The notes under the pieces: generated by a model
Told to the model about the DNA's origin: nothing
What the model saw: only the letters and a program-made list of their open reading frames with translations
The model's database searches: none
Program-made: the position numbers and the translations under genes
Shown here: positions 10,055-18,759 of the stretch, piece by piece
How positions within the stretch are numbered: the stretch's first letter is position 1
Layout of the letters: every line of letters begins with the position of its first letter
From: Victivallaceae bacterium
GTDB lineage: Bacteria; Verrucomicrobiota; Lentisphaeria; Victivallales; Victivallaceae
Assembly: GCA_045588835.1 (NCBI GenBank)
Contig: JAZNEV010000075.1
Coordinates: 7,979-71,978, forward strand
Direction: 5' to 3'
Length of the DNA stretch: 64,000 nucleotides

Positions 10055-10128
10055 AAATCCCCGGCCGTCTGAAATGCACCAAAGGTTGTGTTCAACTTTT
10101 TGGGTACGCTTCAGACGGCCGGGGATTT
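10055..10128. terminator. 19-bp perfect inverted repeat between convergent genes (bidirectional terminator-like)
   Basis: AAATCCCCGGCCGTCTGAA (10055-10073) and TTCAGACGGCCGGGGATTT (10110-10128), with a 36-nt spacer. Flanked by A/T on both sides. Confidence 0.6.
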
Positions 10129-10172
10129 ATTTTAACTCATTTGCATTGCTCTGTATCCCCATCGGCAAAATA

Positions 10173-10985
10173 TCAATGTCGCGGACGGGGCGGTGGGGCA
10201 CCGGAAAGTTTGCTCTGCAGCAAGGCTTCCACGATGGCGTCGCAATTACTTTCCCTGCGGCTCAATTCAGCTTCCAGAGCGGCGGCCTTGCGTTTGGTAT
10301 ATTCGATATCGCGCCGGGTATATTGCAACTGCTGCAGGAAATTCTCTTTTAGTTTTTCGCGTAATTCTGCGGTCAACTTTGCTTTTTCCTCCGGATCTGT
10401 ACACTGACGGCACCGGGTCGCCAATTCATCAAGTGCCTGTAAATTCGCTCTTTCGGCGGCGTAAAGTTGATCCGCTTTTTCAAGCATTATCGCCCGGAAA
10501 CGCTCCGGATCGTTACGCTGCAACTGGAGTAACTGGGCCTGTTCCTCTTGAGATAACCGGGAAAATGCTCGCCACATTCCGGGGCCTCTGCGGAATGATT
10601 CCGGACTTGCCGGCCGGGATTCCGGAGTTTGGTCAACCGGAGTTGTGGGAACGGCTGGGGGGACCGGGGCAGATTCTGTTTGTTCCGCCGGTGCCGGAAC
10701 ATCAGCCGGAGTTTCCGCCGGTGGTTGCGGAGTTTCTGTCGGGTCAGGGGGATTCGTTTGTGCCGGTGCCGCAGTTGGTTCATCGGTTGGAGCATCGTTT
10801 TTTTTCGCCGATGTTTCAATCGTTGTTCCCGGATCATCCATAGCCTGCGGCAGAGTGCCTGTCGGCAGATCAAGCGGCTGCGTCGGGTCGCCGATTTCGA
10901 CGATATCTGTGTAAACGCAACCGCTGCAAAACACGGTGAGTAACCCCAAAAAATACACAAACAGTTTCATTTGACACATACTCAC
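10173..10985 (-). CDS. Pro/Thr-rich lipoprotein with C-terminal coiled-coil (Spy/CpxP-like envelope-stress protein?)
   Basis: Lipobox-like VFCSGC after a hydrophobic leader. Long PT-rich low-complexity linker. C-terminus has LSQEEQAQLLQLQRNDPERF. Third gene of the ECF operon; the start could be M6 at 10970. Confidence 0.7.
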   Translation of the reverse strand: MSMCQMKLFVYFLGLLTVFCSGCVYTDIVEIGDPTQPLDLPTGTLPQAMDDPGTTIETSAKKNDAPTDEPTAAPAQTNPPDPTETPQPPAETPADVPAPAEQTESAPVPPAVPTTPVDQTPESRPASPESFRRGPGMWRAFSRLSQEEQAQLLQLQRNDPERFRAIMLEKADQLYAAERANLQALDELATRCRQCTDPEEKAKLTAELREKLKENFLQQLQYTRRDIEYTKRKAAALEAELSRRESNCDAIVEALLQSKLSGAPPPRPRH

Positions 10986-11395
10986 ATGGAAAAGTTATCG
11001 CTATCCAAAGAGAATTCAGTAATATTGGCCAGATTGTAATATTCCTGCTCCATGGTACTGAAATCGGCCATCGCAAGCATTCCGCTCTGAGATATGGCTG
11101 CCGGTGCATTGGCGACCGGTGCGGAAGTATTGACAACAGCTGACATCGTGGGGCGGTTGATGATACCCGGTCTTGAAGTTTCCCGGTGAGGGATATTCTC
11201 CGGCAACATCATCACCACAGCGGCCGCAGCTGCAGCTGTACTGGTAGCCAGTGACGGGAAAACGATTTTGGTCAAAACTTTTTTCCGGTGCAAAGAGCGT
11301 GCTTTCAATCCGGCAGCAGCCAGAATCCGGGCATCAAGTTCTGCGGGGATGGACTTCACCGCAGAAATTTGCTCCAAACCCAAATGTTTTTTCAT
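10982..11395 (-). CDS. Putative anti-sigma factor (single-pass membrane protein)
   Basis: 4-nt overlap with the ECF sigma stop. One central TM segment (AAAAAAVVMML). No zf-HC2 motif is visible, so the call rests on position only. Confidence 0.5.
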   Translation of the reverse strand: MKKHLGLEQISAVKSIPAELDARILAAAGLKARSLHRKKVLTKIVFPSLATSTAAAAAAVVMMLPENIPHRETSRPGIINRPTMSAVVNTSAPVANAPAAISQSGMLAMADFSTMEQEYYNLANITEFSLDSDNFSM

Positions 11396-11997
11396 TTAAC
11401 TAATCCTCCAGAATCAACATTCCTTAAAAACGATCTCAACTTTTTTAGAGCGTATCTCATTCTGCTCAAAACAGTTCCCAAAGAACAATTTTGTATTTCA
11501 GCGATCTCTTTGAAAGATAACTGTGCTTCTTCACGCAACAGAAATACCTCTTTTTGCTCCGGTTGCAGTTGTTCCAATGCGGCATTGAGAGCTTTGCTTA
11601 TATCGCTCGCACATAACTGCCGATCCGGTGAAAAGGTGGTTTCTCCGGCCAATTCCACGGAATCTTCTGAATCGATCGTCACAAATTTATCCGGCTTCTG
11701 ATGCCGGATACGGTCAATGAAAATATTCCGGGCTATTCTGAAAAGCCACGCACTGAATTTCCCTGCATCCTTATACTTCGGCAGTTTATCGATCACTCTC
11801 AACCAGGTTTCGGAAAACACCTCATCTGCTTCAGCACTGTTATTGCCTGCAACGTTATTCAGATAACCGTACAGAGGCTTGCGGTAACGATAATAAAGCA
11901 CTTCAAATGCTTTGTTATCGCCTTTTGCATAGGCTCTAATCAGTGCGGCATCTTCCCAATCCGCATAATCATCTGTCATGGTCGCATGCTTGATCAT
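11392..11997 (-). CDS. ECF-type RNA polymerase sigma-70 factor
   Basis: Region 2 (FEVLYYRYRKPLYGYL...FSAWLFRIARNIFIDRIR) and region 4 (QKEVFLLREEAQLSFKEIAEIQNCSLGTVLSRMRYA). Confidence 0.9.
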   Translation of the reverse strand: MIKHATMTDDYADWEDAALIRAYAKGDNKAFEVLYYRYRKPLYGYLNNVAGNNSAEADEVFSETWLRVIDKLPKYKDAGKFSAWLFRIARNIFIDRIRHQKPDKFVTIDSEDSVELAGETTFSPDRQLCASDISKALNAALEQLQPEQKEVFLLREEAQLSFKEIAEIQNCSLGTVLSRMRYALKKLRSFLRNVDSGGLVK

Positions 11998-12027
11998 TTT
12001 TATTATCCAACCGGATAACGTTTTTTC

Positions 12028-12408
12028 TTATATATTTATTTTACCGGAGAAGAGAAAATTCCAAAATTCAATATCATTTTTCAGTAAATCTTCCGGTGGA
12101 ACCGGGGTCAACTCCACCCATTTGAAACTTTGCCCCTCGCGGCACTGTGGAAGTGAACCGGGAACCGGGACGGCACTTATAAAAGTTATTTCAAGATCGT
12201 CATGCTGTAATATGTAAAGCGTTTGACCGGGGATGATCTGCCAATTAAGTTCTTCCAGTAATTCCCGTTTTAATGCTTCAGCATTATTTTCGCCCGGTTC
12301 GATCTTGCCACCGGGGAACTCCCATCCGGCAGGCGGCTTATCTGCCGGACGGCTGGATAGAAAAATATGACCATTTTCAATAACAACTGCGGCAACAACC
12401 CGGATCAT
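12028..12408 (-). CDS. NUDIX hydrolase (MutT-like)
   Basis: Nudix box GWEFPGGKIEPGENNAEALKRELLEELN. Confidence 0.9.
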   Translation of the reverse strand: MIRVVAAVVIENGHIFLSSRPADKPPAGWEFPGGKIEPGENNAEALKRELLEELNWQIIPGQTLYILQHDDLEITFISAVPVPGSLPQCREGQSFKWVELTPVPPEDLLKNDIEFWNFLFSGKINI

Positions 12409-12409
12409 A

Positions 12410-13042
12410 TCACACCACTCCCATCAATGAGGCCAAAGCGTGAAAAATCAATGCGGTAAGATAACTTGCCCAGGTGATAATGTAATTGATGCCGAAAAAG
12501 AAAAGCAGTAACATTCCGATAAAGAATATGGCATTGGCTTTTTCTGCAGCCTGCTGTGAACGGATTTTGATAAACTCGCCAACAATATTGAATCCGTCCA
12601 GACCGGGAACCGGTACCAGATTGAGAATCAGCAGAACCATATTGATCGTCGCTCCGTAAAGAAGCATATTGGAGGCATATTCCTGATGCCGGGCAAGGAT
12701 CATGACCAGAAGTGCGAGAAATGTGAAAATCACTGTCAGACACAAGTTGGCGAAAACTCCGGCCAAAGCTACTGCGATCCGTTTTTTACGGGTGGGCAGA
12801 TTGTGCGGATTGACCGGTATCTGGCCCCATGCAAGGCCGATAAAACAGAGCATGATCAATGAGATAAAGCCCATTTGCTTAAATGGATTCATCGTCAGGT
12901 GTCCCCGGTTGGCGGCGGTTGGATCGCCCATTTTGAGGGCAACGTAAGCGTGCATGAATTCGTGTACACTTACGGAAAATACCACAAAGAGCACCATCAG
13001 AAAGAAAGTGCGTGGATTTTCAAACAACATGGTTATGAACAT
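12410..13042 (-). CDS. Site-2 protease family (peptidase M50) membrane protein
   Basis: HExxH in a TM helix (HEFMHAYVA), several TM segments, and LNLVPVPGLDG motif. Confidence 0.85.
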   Translation of the reverse strand: MFITMLFENPRTFFLMVLFVVFSVSVHEFMHAYVALKMGDPTAANRGHLTMNPFKQMGFISLIMLCFIGLAWGQIPVNPHNLPTRKKRIAVALAGVFANLCLTVIFTFLALLVMILARHQEYASNMLLYGATINMVLLILNLVPVPGLDGFNIVGEFIKIRSQQAAEKANAIFFIGMLLLFFFGINYIITWASYLTALIFHALASLMGVV

Positions 13043-13056
13043 TGGTGTAATTCCTT

Positions 13057-14130
13057 TTATTTAAGGAGCATACAATCGCCGTAACTGTAAAAACGCATGT
13101 TTTCCGCTTTGGCTTTTTCGTAGGCTGCCAAGACCTTTTCACGGTCGGCAAAACAACTTACAAGCATCAGAAGTGTACTGCAAGGCAGATGGAAATTGGT
13201 CAGCAGCATATCTTCGCCTTTGGGCTTGCGTGGCGGATATAGAAATATATTCGTGCGGCCGGAGCGTGGAGTGACTATCCCGTTATCATCACAGCAACTT
13301 TCCAATACTCTTACTGTGGTAGTGCCGACTGCCAGCACTTTGCCGTTGTTTTTCCGGGTGTCATTGACCAGTTTGGCGGTTGCTTCCGGCAGAACAAAAT
13401 CCTCAAAGTGCATCTGATGAGTTTCTGCGTAATCACTGGATACCGGTTTGAATGTTCCTGCTCCGACATGCAACGTTAATTCTGCCACGTTAACTGCTTT
13501 TTTGCGTAAAGTATCGAGAATTTCCGGAGTGAAGTGCAATCCGGCAGTCGGGGCGGCTACGGCACCCTTTACGGCGGCGTAGACGGTCTGATAGCGTTCT
13601 GAGTCGGCTTCTTCGGCTTCCCGGTGCAAATACGGGGGCAGGGGAATGTGGCCGTAGCGTTCTTCCAGCGCGTAGATTTCCGGGGTGGAAAAGCGGATGC
13701 GGAAAGTGTTATCCTCATTTTTGCCGACCACGGTAAAGTATTCATCATTTGAGTTGATCGTGCCATCGGGGTATTGCAGAACGGCTACGGTACCGGGTTT
13801 GGCTCTTTTGCCGGGTTTGAGCATGCAATTCCACTCATCCTGAAGTCCGGAAGCCGGTTCCAGCAGCAGAATTTCAAAGGATGCCCCGTCGGAACGCCCC
13901 TCTTTTTTGGCGAACATCCTGCCTCTCAAAACTTTGGTATTGTTGCAGATCAGGGCATCTCCCGGAGCAAGGTAATTGACGATATCGGAAAAAGGATGGA
14001 TCTCCGTTTCGCCGGTTTGACGGTCAAGTACCATCATCCTGGAACCGTCACGGGTGGCGGCCGGATAGCGGGCAATGAAACTTTCCGGCAGATCGTAATC
14101 AAAAAGTTTGGTCGCGAGCATGGGAATCAC
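13057..14130 (-). CDS. queA: S-adenosylmethionine:tRNA ribosyltransferase-isomerase
   Basis: FDYDLPESFIARYP...GTTTVRVLES...FYSYGDCMLL are hallmark QueA segments. Confidence 0.95.
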   Translation of the reverse strand: MIPMLATKLFDYDLPESFIARYPAATRDGSRMMVLDRQTGETEIHPFSDIVNYLAPGDALICNNTKVLRGRMFAKKEGRSDGASFEILLLEPASGLQDEWNCMLKPGKRAKPGTVAVLQYPDGTINSNDEYFTVVGKNEDNTFRIRFSTPEIYALEERYGHIPLPPYLHREAEEADSERYQTVYAAVKGAVAAPTAGLHFTPEILDTLRKKAVNVAELTLHVGAGTFKPVSSDYAETHQMHFEDFVLPEATAKLVNDTRKNNGKVLAVGTTTVRVLESCCDDNGIVTPRSGRTNIFLYPPRKPKGEDMLLTNFHLPCSTLLMLVSCFADREKVLAAYEKAKAENMRFYSYGDCMLLK

Positions 14131-15005
14131 TCCTCTCCACGCATTTGTTTTCTGGCCCGCCGGAGTCTTTCAAGTTCATATTCAGAAAGGCTGTTGATAC
14201 CTTGTTCGGATAGTTTGTTGAGCAGGGCATCAAGTTCTCTCTGGGTGACTCTGTTGTTATTGTTTTCCGGTTTTGCTTCAGATGATGCAGTGGTCGTGGA
14301 ATCGGTTTTGACTTCATCCCAACGGTAAGCCCGGTGTATTTTGGGCTTATTGGAAAACTTGCCGGCCAGAGCCCGGAATGGATCCCACGGCAGGCGTTTG
14401 CCGAAAAGGATCCGCATCATCAGATAACCTCCGGCGAATCCCCCCAAATGTGCCAAATGGGCTATGCCGTCGTTGGTATGGCTCAACTCCATAAGCACTT
14501 CCATAATGGTATAACAGATGACCAGCGTGGTAGTTTTGATCGGGGTGAATGGCATAAATATGATCATAAAACGGCGATCCGGTTCGACAGTGGCGGCGGC
14601 GGCCATCATTGCACACACCGCTCCGGATGATCCGACGATTTCCGATCCAGTGTGCAGGTTTAAGAGGACAAAGAGGATATTGCCGATGGCGGCACCGGCG
14701 ATGTAAATCAAAAGCAGTTGCGGAGCTTTCACCCGGTTGGCAACCAGAGAACCGAATATATACAAGCCCCACATATTGAAAAACAGATGCCAGAAGTTCC
14801 GGTGCAGAAATCCGGCAGTGAATATCTGCCAGAGATAAGCGATATGGAATCCGCTGCCTTTCAGCGTCAGGCTGAAGGCGGCAAACATATTGCCTCTGAC
14901 TATGAGAAAAGCCGCGACATTGATGATGACCAGCGAAATGAGCATCTGTTTGCCGGTCATGGGCTGATTGTCGTGGCGATTGTATTGCTGATTGTAAAAA
15001 TTCAT
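14127..15005 (-). CDS. Rhomboid-family intramembrane serine protease with C-terminal cytoplasmic tail
   Basis: GSSGAVCAMM (Ser) and HLAHLGGFAGG (His) motifs. 4-nt overlap with queA. Confidence 0.9.
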   Translation of the reverse strand: MNFYNQQYNRHDNQPMTGKQMLISLVIINVAAFLIVRGNMFAAFSLTLKGSGFHIAYLWQIFTAGFLHRNFWHLFFNMWGLYIFGSLVANRVKAPQLLLIYIAGAAIGNILFVLLNLHTGSEIVGSSGAVCAMMAAAATVEPDRRFMIIFMPFTPIKTTTLVICYTIMEVLMELSHTNDGIAHLAHLGGFAGGYLMMRILFGKRLPWDPFRALAGKFSNKPKIHRAYRWDEVKTDSTTTASSEAKPENNNNRVTQRELDALLNKLSEQGINSLSEYELERLRRARKQMRGEE

Positions 15006-15062
15006 TATATCAAAACCTTTCTTTCAATTCTCCGTAATTTCTGCGGATCTGCCGGAGAAATA

Positions 15063-16388
15063 TCAACACAATTTTCCGAAAAGCGAAACATTTCCGCTCC
15101 GCGTGATTTTTACCTGCCGCAATTCACCGGTACGCACTTGGAAATCCGGCTCAAAGTGAACCACGAAATTGGTGCCGGTACGTCCGGTCCAACGGGATTC
15201 ATTGCGTGAACTTATTCCCTCGCACAGCACTTCCTGCGTGGTACCGACCAGAGTGGCCAGTTTTTTGCTGATGCGGATCTGCAAGTCATCCAGCAGAATG
15301 TTGTTGCGGTGCAGTTTTTCTTCCTCGCTTACGGTATCTGCCAATAAAGCCGACTTTGCTCCCGGCCGGGGGGAGTATTTGAAAATGTAGGCCTGTTCAA
15401 AACCTACCTCATTCATTAAAGCACGGGTCAACTCAAAGTCACCGGCTTCTTCTCCGGGAAATCCGACAATGACATCTGTGGAAAAGGTCAGATCCGGAAT
15501 CGCTGAACGCAGTTGTGCAACTTTATCCAGATAGCTTTGTGCTGTGTATTGACGATTCATTGCCGCCAAGATCCGGTCAGAACCGGATTGTAAAGGCAGA
15601 TGGATATTGTGACAGATTTTTTTGCAGGATGCCAAAGTTGAAATCAGTCTTTCATTGAAGTAACTGACGTAGGGCGATGTGTAACGGATACGCTCCAAAC
15701 CGGGCAGGGCATTGAGTTCCTCAAGTAATTCAGCAAACGGTGAAAAGTCCGCTTTCGGAGGGCGGATATCGCCGTTAAGTCCGTAAGCAGCCACATTTTG
15801 ACCGAGGAGCAATATCTCTTTGACTCCGGAAGCAACCAGTTGTTTTGCTTCGTTGATGATAGAATCTTTACTGCGTGACACTTCCCGGCCCCGGACATAC
15901 GGCACGATGCAGTAACTGCAAAAGCGGTTGCATCCCCGGGTGATGGCGATCTGGGCACTCCATGAATTTTCGCCGTGTTCACCGAGCATATCTATCTCCT
16001 CCGGTGCAACTGCGGTATCTGCAAAGCGGCATCGCCGGGCGGCAATGGCTTCCACCGATTCCAGAGCCTTGTGAATCTGACCGGTGCCGAGGACAAAATC
16101 CAGATGGGGTAATTCCGCGAGCAACTGATCACCGAGTCTTTGAGCCATGCATCCGGTGACACCGATGATCAAATCCGGTTTACGCAATTTGAGTTTACGC
16201 ATATAGCCGATTTTGCCTTTTGCCTTGCGTTCGGCAGCATCTCTCACGCTGCAAGTATTGAAAAGCAGTACATCGGCTTCATTTTCCTGATTTGTCAGGG
16301 TATGACCGGCTTTGATGAAAGATGCTCCGACTGCTTCGGAGTCTCTTTCATTCATCTGGCAACCGTAAGTTTTGATAAAAATTTTCAT
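15063..16388 (-). CDS. miaB: tRNA-2-methylthio-N6-dimethylallyladenosine synthase
   Basis: MKIFIKTYGCQMNERDSE start, radical-SAM CNRFCSYC motif, TRAM-like C-terminus. Confidence 0.95.
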   Translation of the reverse strand: MKIFIKTYGCQMNERDSEAVGASFIKAGHTLTNQENEADVLLFNTCSVRDAAERKAKGKIGYMRKLKLRKPDLIIGVTGCMAQRLGDQLLAELPHLDFVLGTGQIHKALESVEAIAARRCRFADTAVAPEEIDMLGEHGENSWSAQIAITRGCNRFCSYCIVPYVRGREVSRSKDSIINEAKQLVASGVKEILLLGQNVAAYGLNGDIRPPKADFSPFAELLEELNALPGLERIRYTSPYVSYFNERLISTLASCKKICHNIHLPLQSGSDRILAAMNRQYTAQSYLDKVAQLRSAIPDLTFSTDVIVGFPGEEAGDFELTRALMNEVGFEQAYIFKYSPRPGAKSALLADTVSEEEKLHRNNILLDDLQIRISKKLATLVGTTQEVLCEGISSRNESRWTGRTGTNFVVHFEPDFQVRTGELRQVKITRSGNVSLFGKLC

Positions 16389-17512
16389 GATTCAAGCAAC
16401 ACCAGATTATCGCGATGGACCGCTTCGATTTCAGCATCTTTGCCCATGATGGAGATCACTTCCGCTGAGTGCTTGCCGCAGAGTCGTAAACACTCTTTTG
16501 CGTCGAAATTGACCAGGCCTCTGGCTACAGGCTGCTGATCCAATGAAATGATTTCCACGGTATCTCCCCTGAGAAATTCTCCTTTGACCGCGACCACACC
16601 GCTGGGCAGCAGACTTTTGCCACCGGAAACGAGAGCCTGTTTTGCACCGTTGTCGATGATCAAAGCACCGGAAACCTTGCTGAAAAATCCCAGCCAGCGT
16701 TTGCGTCCCGGTACCCGGTGATTACGGGGAAGGAAGATCGATCCGGTATCTTCGCCATTGAGGATTTTGGTGAAGATTTCTCCATCCCGGCCATCTGCGA
16801 TCCAGAGGAATGCTCCGGCGGCCGTGGCAAGATCAGCGGCCCGCAGTTTGGAATCCATGCCGCCGATGGATAAGTTGCTGTCGTCGGTGCCACCGGCCAG
16901 AGCGCGGATTTTATCGGTGACTTTTTCCACAACTGAGATGCGTCCGGCGAGTTTGCCTTCTTCATCCCGGTCCCGCAGACCATCTACGGTGGTCAGCAGG
17001 ATCGTCAGATCTGCTCCGGAAACTGAAGTGAGCATTCCGGCCAGCGTATCGTTGTCTCCGAATTTCAATTCATCGACTGAGACGGAGTCATTTTCATTGG
17101 CGATGGGCAGAATATCGCGTTCCCAGAGGGCATTGATACAATTCATCACGTTGATATAGCGTCTGCGGTTACGCAAATCGGAAGCCGTCAGAAGCAATTG
17201 GGCGACGGAAAAACCGTGTTTGGCGGCTTCTTCCGAGTAAATGGACATCAAACGGGTCTGACCGAGGGCGGCGAGGGCTTGTTTGTGGGCAAGTTCAGCC
17301 GGCCGTCTGGAAACCCCGGCAAGTTCCATACCCATACCTACTGCACCGGAGGAAACGAGCAGTACCTGATGCCCGGCCTGCCGGAGCTTGGCAATGCCGG
17401 CAACCAGCCGGGCGATGGATTCACGGTCTATGAGCAATCTGGTACCGGCTTTGACAATTATTTTTTTTGCGTTACTGACTGCTTCAGTGCGCAATGAGAT
17501 GTTTTCTGACAT
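16385..17512 (-). CDS. proB: Glutamate 5-kinase with PUA domain
   Basis: IVKAGTRLL...LVSSGAVGMG kinase motifs. The C-terminal PUA-like region is GALIIDNGAKQAL...GDTVEI. Confidence 0.95.
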   Translation of the reverse strand: MSENISLRTEAVSNAKKIIVKAGTRLLIDRESIARLVAGIAKLRQAGHQVLLVSSGAVGMGMELAGVSRRPAELAHKQALAALGQTRLMSIYSEEAAKHGFSVAQLLLTASDLRNRRRYINVMNCINALWERDILPIANENDSVSVDELKFGDNDTLAGMLTSVSGADLTILLTTVDGLRDRDEEGKLAGRISVVEKVTDKIRALAGGTDDSNLSIGGMDSKLRAADLATAAGAFLWIADGRDGEIFTKILNGEDTGSIFLPRNHRVPGRKRWLGFFSKVSGALIIDNGAKQALVSGGKSLLPSGVVAVKGEFLRGDTVEIISLDQQPVARGLVNFDAKECLRLCGKHSAEVISIMGKDAEIEAVHRDNLVLLES

Positions 17513-17648
17513 CGGGAGAGGAAATCCTTACATTTATTTAAACAAACAGCAAAACATATATCCTCTATAATATATCGCACAATTCCGGTGTTTTTCAAGG
17601 GAATCCGCAGTTTTTGCAAAAAAAAATGCAAAATTTTCAAAAAATGAT

Positions 17649-17676
17649 TTGAAAAACTCAAAAATGTCAATATAGT
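17649..17676 (+). promoter_or_regulatory. Sigma-70-type promoter for the acidic zinc-ribbon gene
   Basis: TTGAAA (17649-17654), 16-nt spacer, TATAGT (17671-17676). Confidence 0.5.
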
Positions 17677-17726
17677 ACCATTTTGTACAATTTGAAATGT
17701 AAAACCATTATAGAAAGGTGCTTTAT

Positions 17727-18125
17727 ATGGCTACTACCTGTCCCTACTGCAATATAGAGGTTCGCGAGAGTGCGATTGAGGCGGAAGACGGTTGCTGTCC
17801 TGAGTGCGGTGCACAGATATCCGGTGTACGTTCACTTCTGGATGATCCTGACTTTGATTACGGTGATGATGAAAACTATGACGAGGTCTATGACGACGAC
17901 GTTTTCAGTGATTTGGATGATGATGACGATGGTCATGACTTCTCCCGCCGGGATCTGGATGATGACGACATTTTCGGCGATGATCTTGATGGAGACGGAT
18001 TCGGTGATGACCTCGACAGTGAATTTGATGATGAACTTTTTGACGAAGATCTGGAAGAGGATTTCGACGAAGATTTCGATGAAGATTTCGACGGAGACGA
18101 AAAAGAATTCGATTTGGATAAATAA
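17727..18125 (+). CDS. Zinc-ribbon protein with extreme polyacidic tail
   Basis: CPYC-x14-CCPEC at the N-terminus. By my count, 53 of the last 96 residues are Asp/Glu, interspersed with Phe/Tyr. ATG 17727 lies behind GAAAGG; the GTG at 17718 is the alternative. Confidence 0.8.
   Translation: MATTCPYCNIEVRESAIEAEDGCCPECGAQISGVRSLLDDPDFDYGDDENYDEVYDDDVFSDLDDDDDGHDFSRRDLDDDDIFGDDLDGDGFGDDLDSEFDDELFDEDLEEDFDEDFDEDFDGDEKEFDLDK
18057..18092 (+). repeat. Three tandem 12-bp units (GAAGATTTCGAC-like) encoding EDFD
   Basis: gaggatttcgac / gaagatttcgat / gaagatttcgac read directly; in frame within the acidic tail. Confidence 0.8.
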
Positions 18126-18142
18126 GTTAAATCATCCATTCA

Positions 18143-18177
18143 GCGGTCCGGTGATTTTGCCGGATCGCTTTTTTTTT
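18143..18177 (+). terminator. Rho-independent terminator
   Basis: GCGGTCCGG-tgattttg-CCGGATCGC followed by T9. It lies between convergent genes. Confidence 0.8.
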
Positions 18178-18661
18178 ATTTGGGCGGATGAAGTATCGGT
18201 AACTGCAAAATATTGCGTTGTTGAGTGAAAAATTGCCACAATTTCGGGTCACGATAAAGTTTTTTCAGCAGAGCTGTCGGAGAAATTCCGCAGAAATCAG
18301 CCGCTTTGCGTTGGTCGAATGAACCGGCATAAAGAATATCCAGCAATCTCGCCACAAAGAGCGGATAGGCCGGGGAATTTACGGAACACTCCATATTTTC
18401 CGGTGGCATCGGCTTTTTGCGGAATTGCAGGGCGATTTGAAAACGCAACTTTTTCAGTGCATTGGTCCGGTTGCGGAATTGACTGCGTTCGGTGCAGTCG
18501 GCAACCGAAATCCCCAGCACCGGCAGGTCGATTTGTACTGCCGATGAGGTCTTGTTGCGTTTCTGTCCGCCAGGACCGGTGGCTTTGGTAAAAGTTATCC
18601 GGCAGAGTGAAGAAAGCTCCTCATCGCTTGCGGTCAGAAAAATATCCCGGTCAAATTCCAT
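18176..18661 (-). CDS. GGQ-domain (class-I release factor/ArfB-like) protein with C-terminal Fis-type HTH-like segment
   Basis: TGPGGQKRNKTSSAV...ERSQFRNRTNA is a peptidyl-tRNA hydrolase GGQ domain. The C-terminal RKAADFCGISPTALLKKLYRD resembles HTH_8. The start is taken at MEFDRD (18661); the ORF extends to 18727. Confidence 0.75.
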   Translation of the reverse strand: MEFDRDIFLTASDEELSSLCRITFTKATGPGGQKRNKTSSAVQIDLPVLGISVADCTERSQFRNRTNALKKLRFQIALQFRKKPMPPENMECSVNSPAYPLFVARLLDILYAGSFDQRKAADFCGISPTALLKKLYRDPKLWQFFTQQRNILQLPILHPPK

Positions 18662-18677
18662 AAAAATTGAAAAAAAT

Positions 18678-18706
18678 TTGAATATTGCTTTTTTTGGAAA
18701 TATATT
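18678..18706 (+). promoter_or_regulatory. Sigma-70-type promoter for the repeat-protein gene
   Basis: TTGAAT, 17-nt spacer, TATATT. Confidence 0.5.
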
Positions 18707-18759
18707 ATAGTTATAACAGTTTGTCAAGTTGTGCCGGAGAAAAAACGGGTTATTTTCAG

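Noticed and set aside
10061-10120. Both arms of the 19-bp inverted repeat contain GCCGTCTGAA / TTCAGACGGC, the Neisseria 10-mer DNA uptake sequence, arranged as an inverted pair as in Neisseria terminators
   Set aside because: I saw only this one pair in the window. The preceding bases differ from the extended Neisseria 12-mer, and nothing else in the window resembles a neisserial genome. A single 10-mer match in 64 kb of two-strand sequence is not very improbable, and the second arm is not independent. I treat it as coincidence.
17600-17645. TTTTGCAAAA...ATGCAAAA palindromic A/T motifs recur in several intergenic regions (also 37540-37580, 40011-40027, 44860-44875, 58420-58435) and could be a global regulator site
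   Set aside because: The shared core is essentially a TTGCAA -35-like hexamer inside A/T tracts. The copies differ in spacing and orientation. Without a genome-wide count I cannot separate them from ordinary AT-rich promoter sequence, so this is noted but not claimed.
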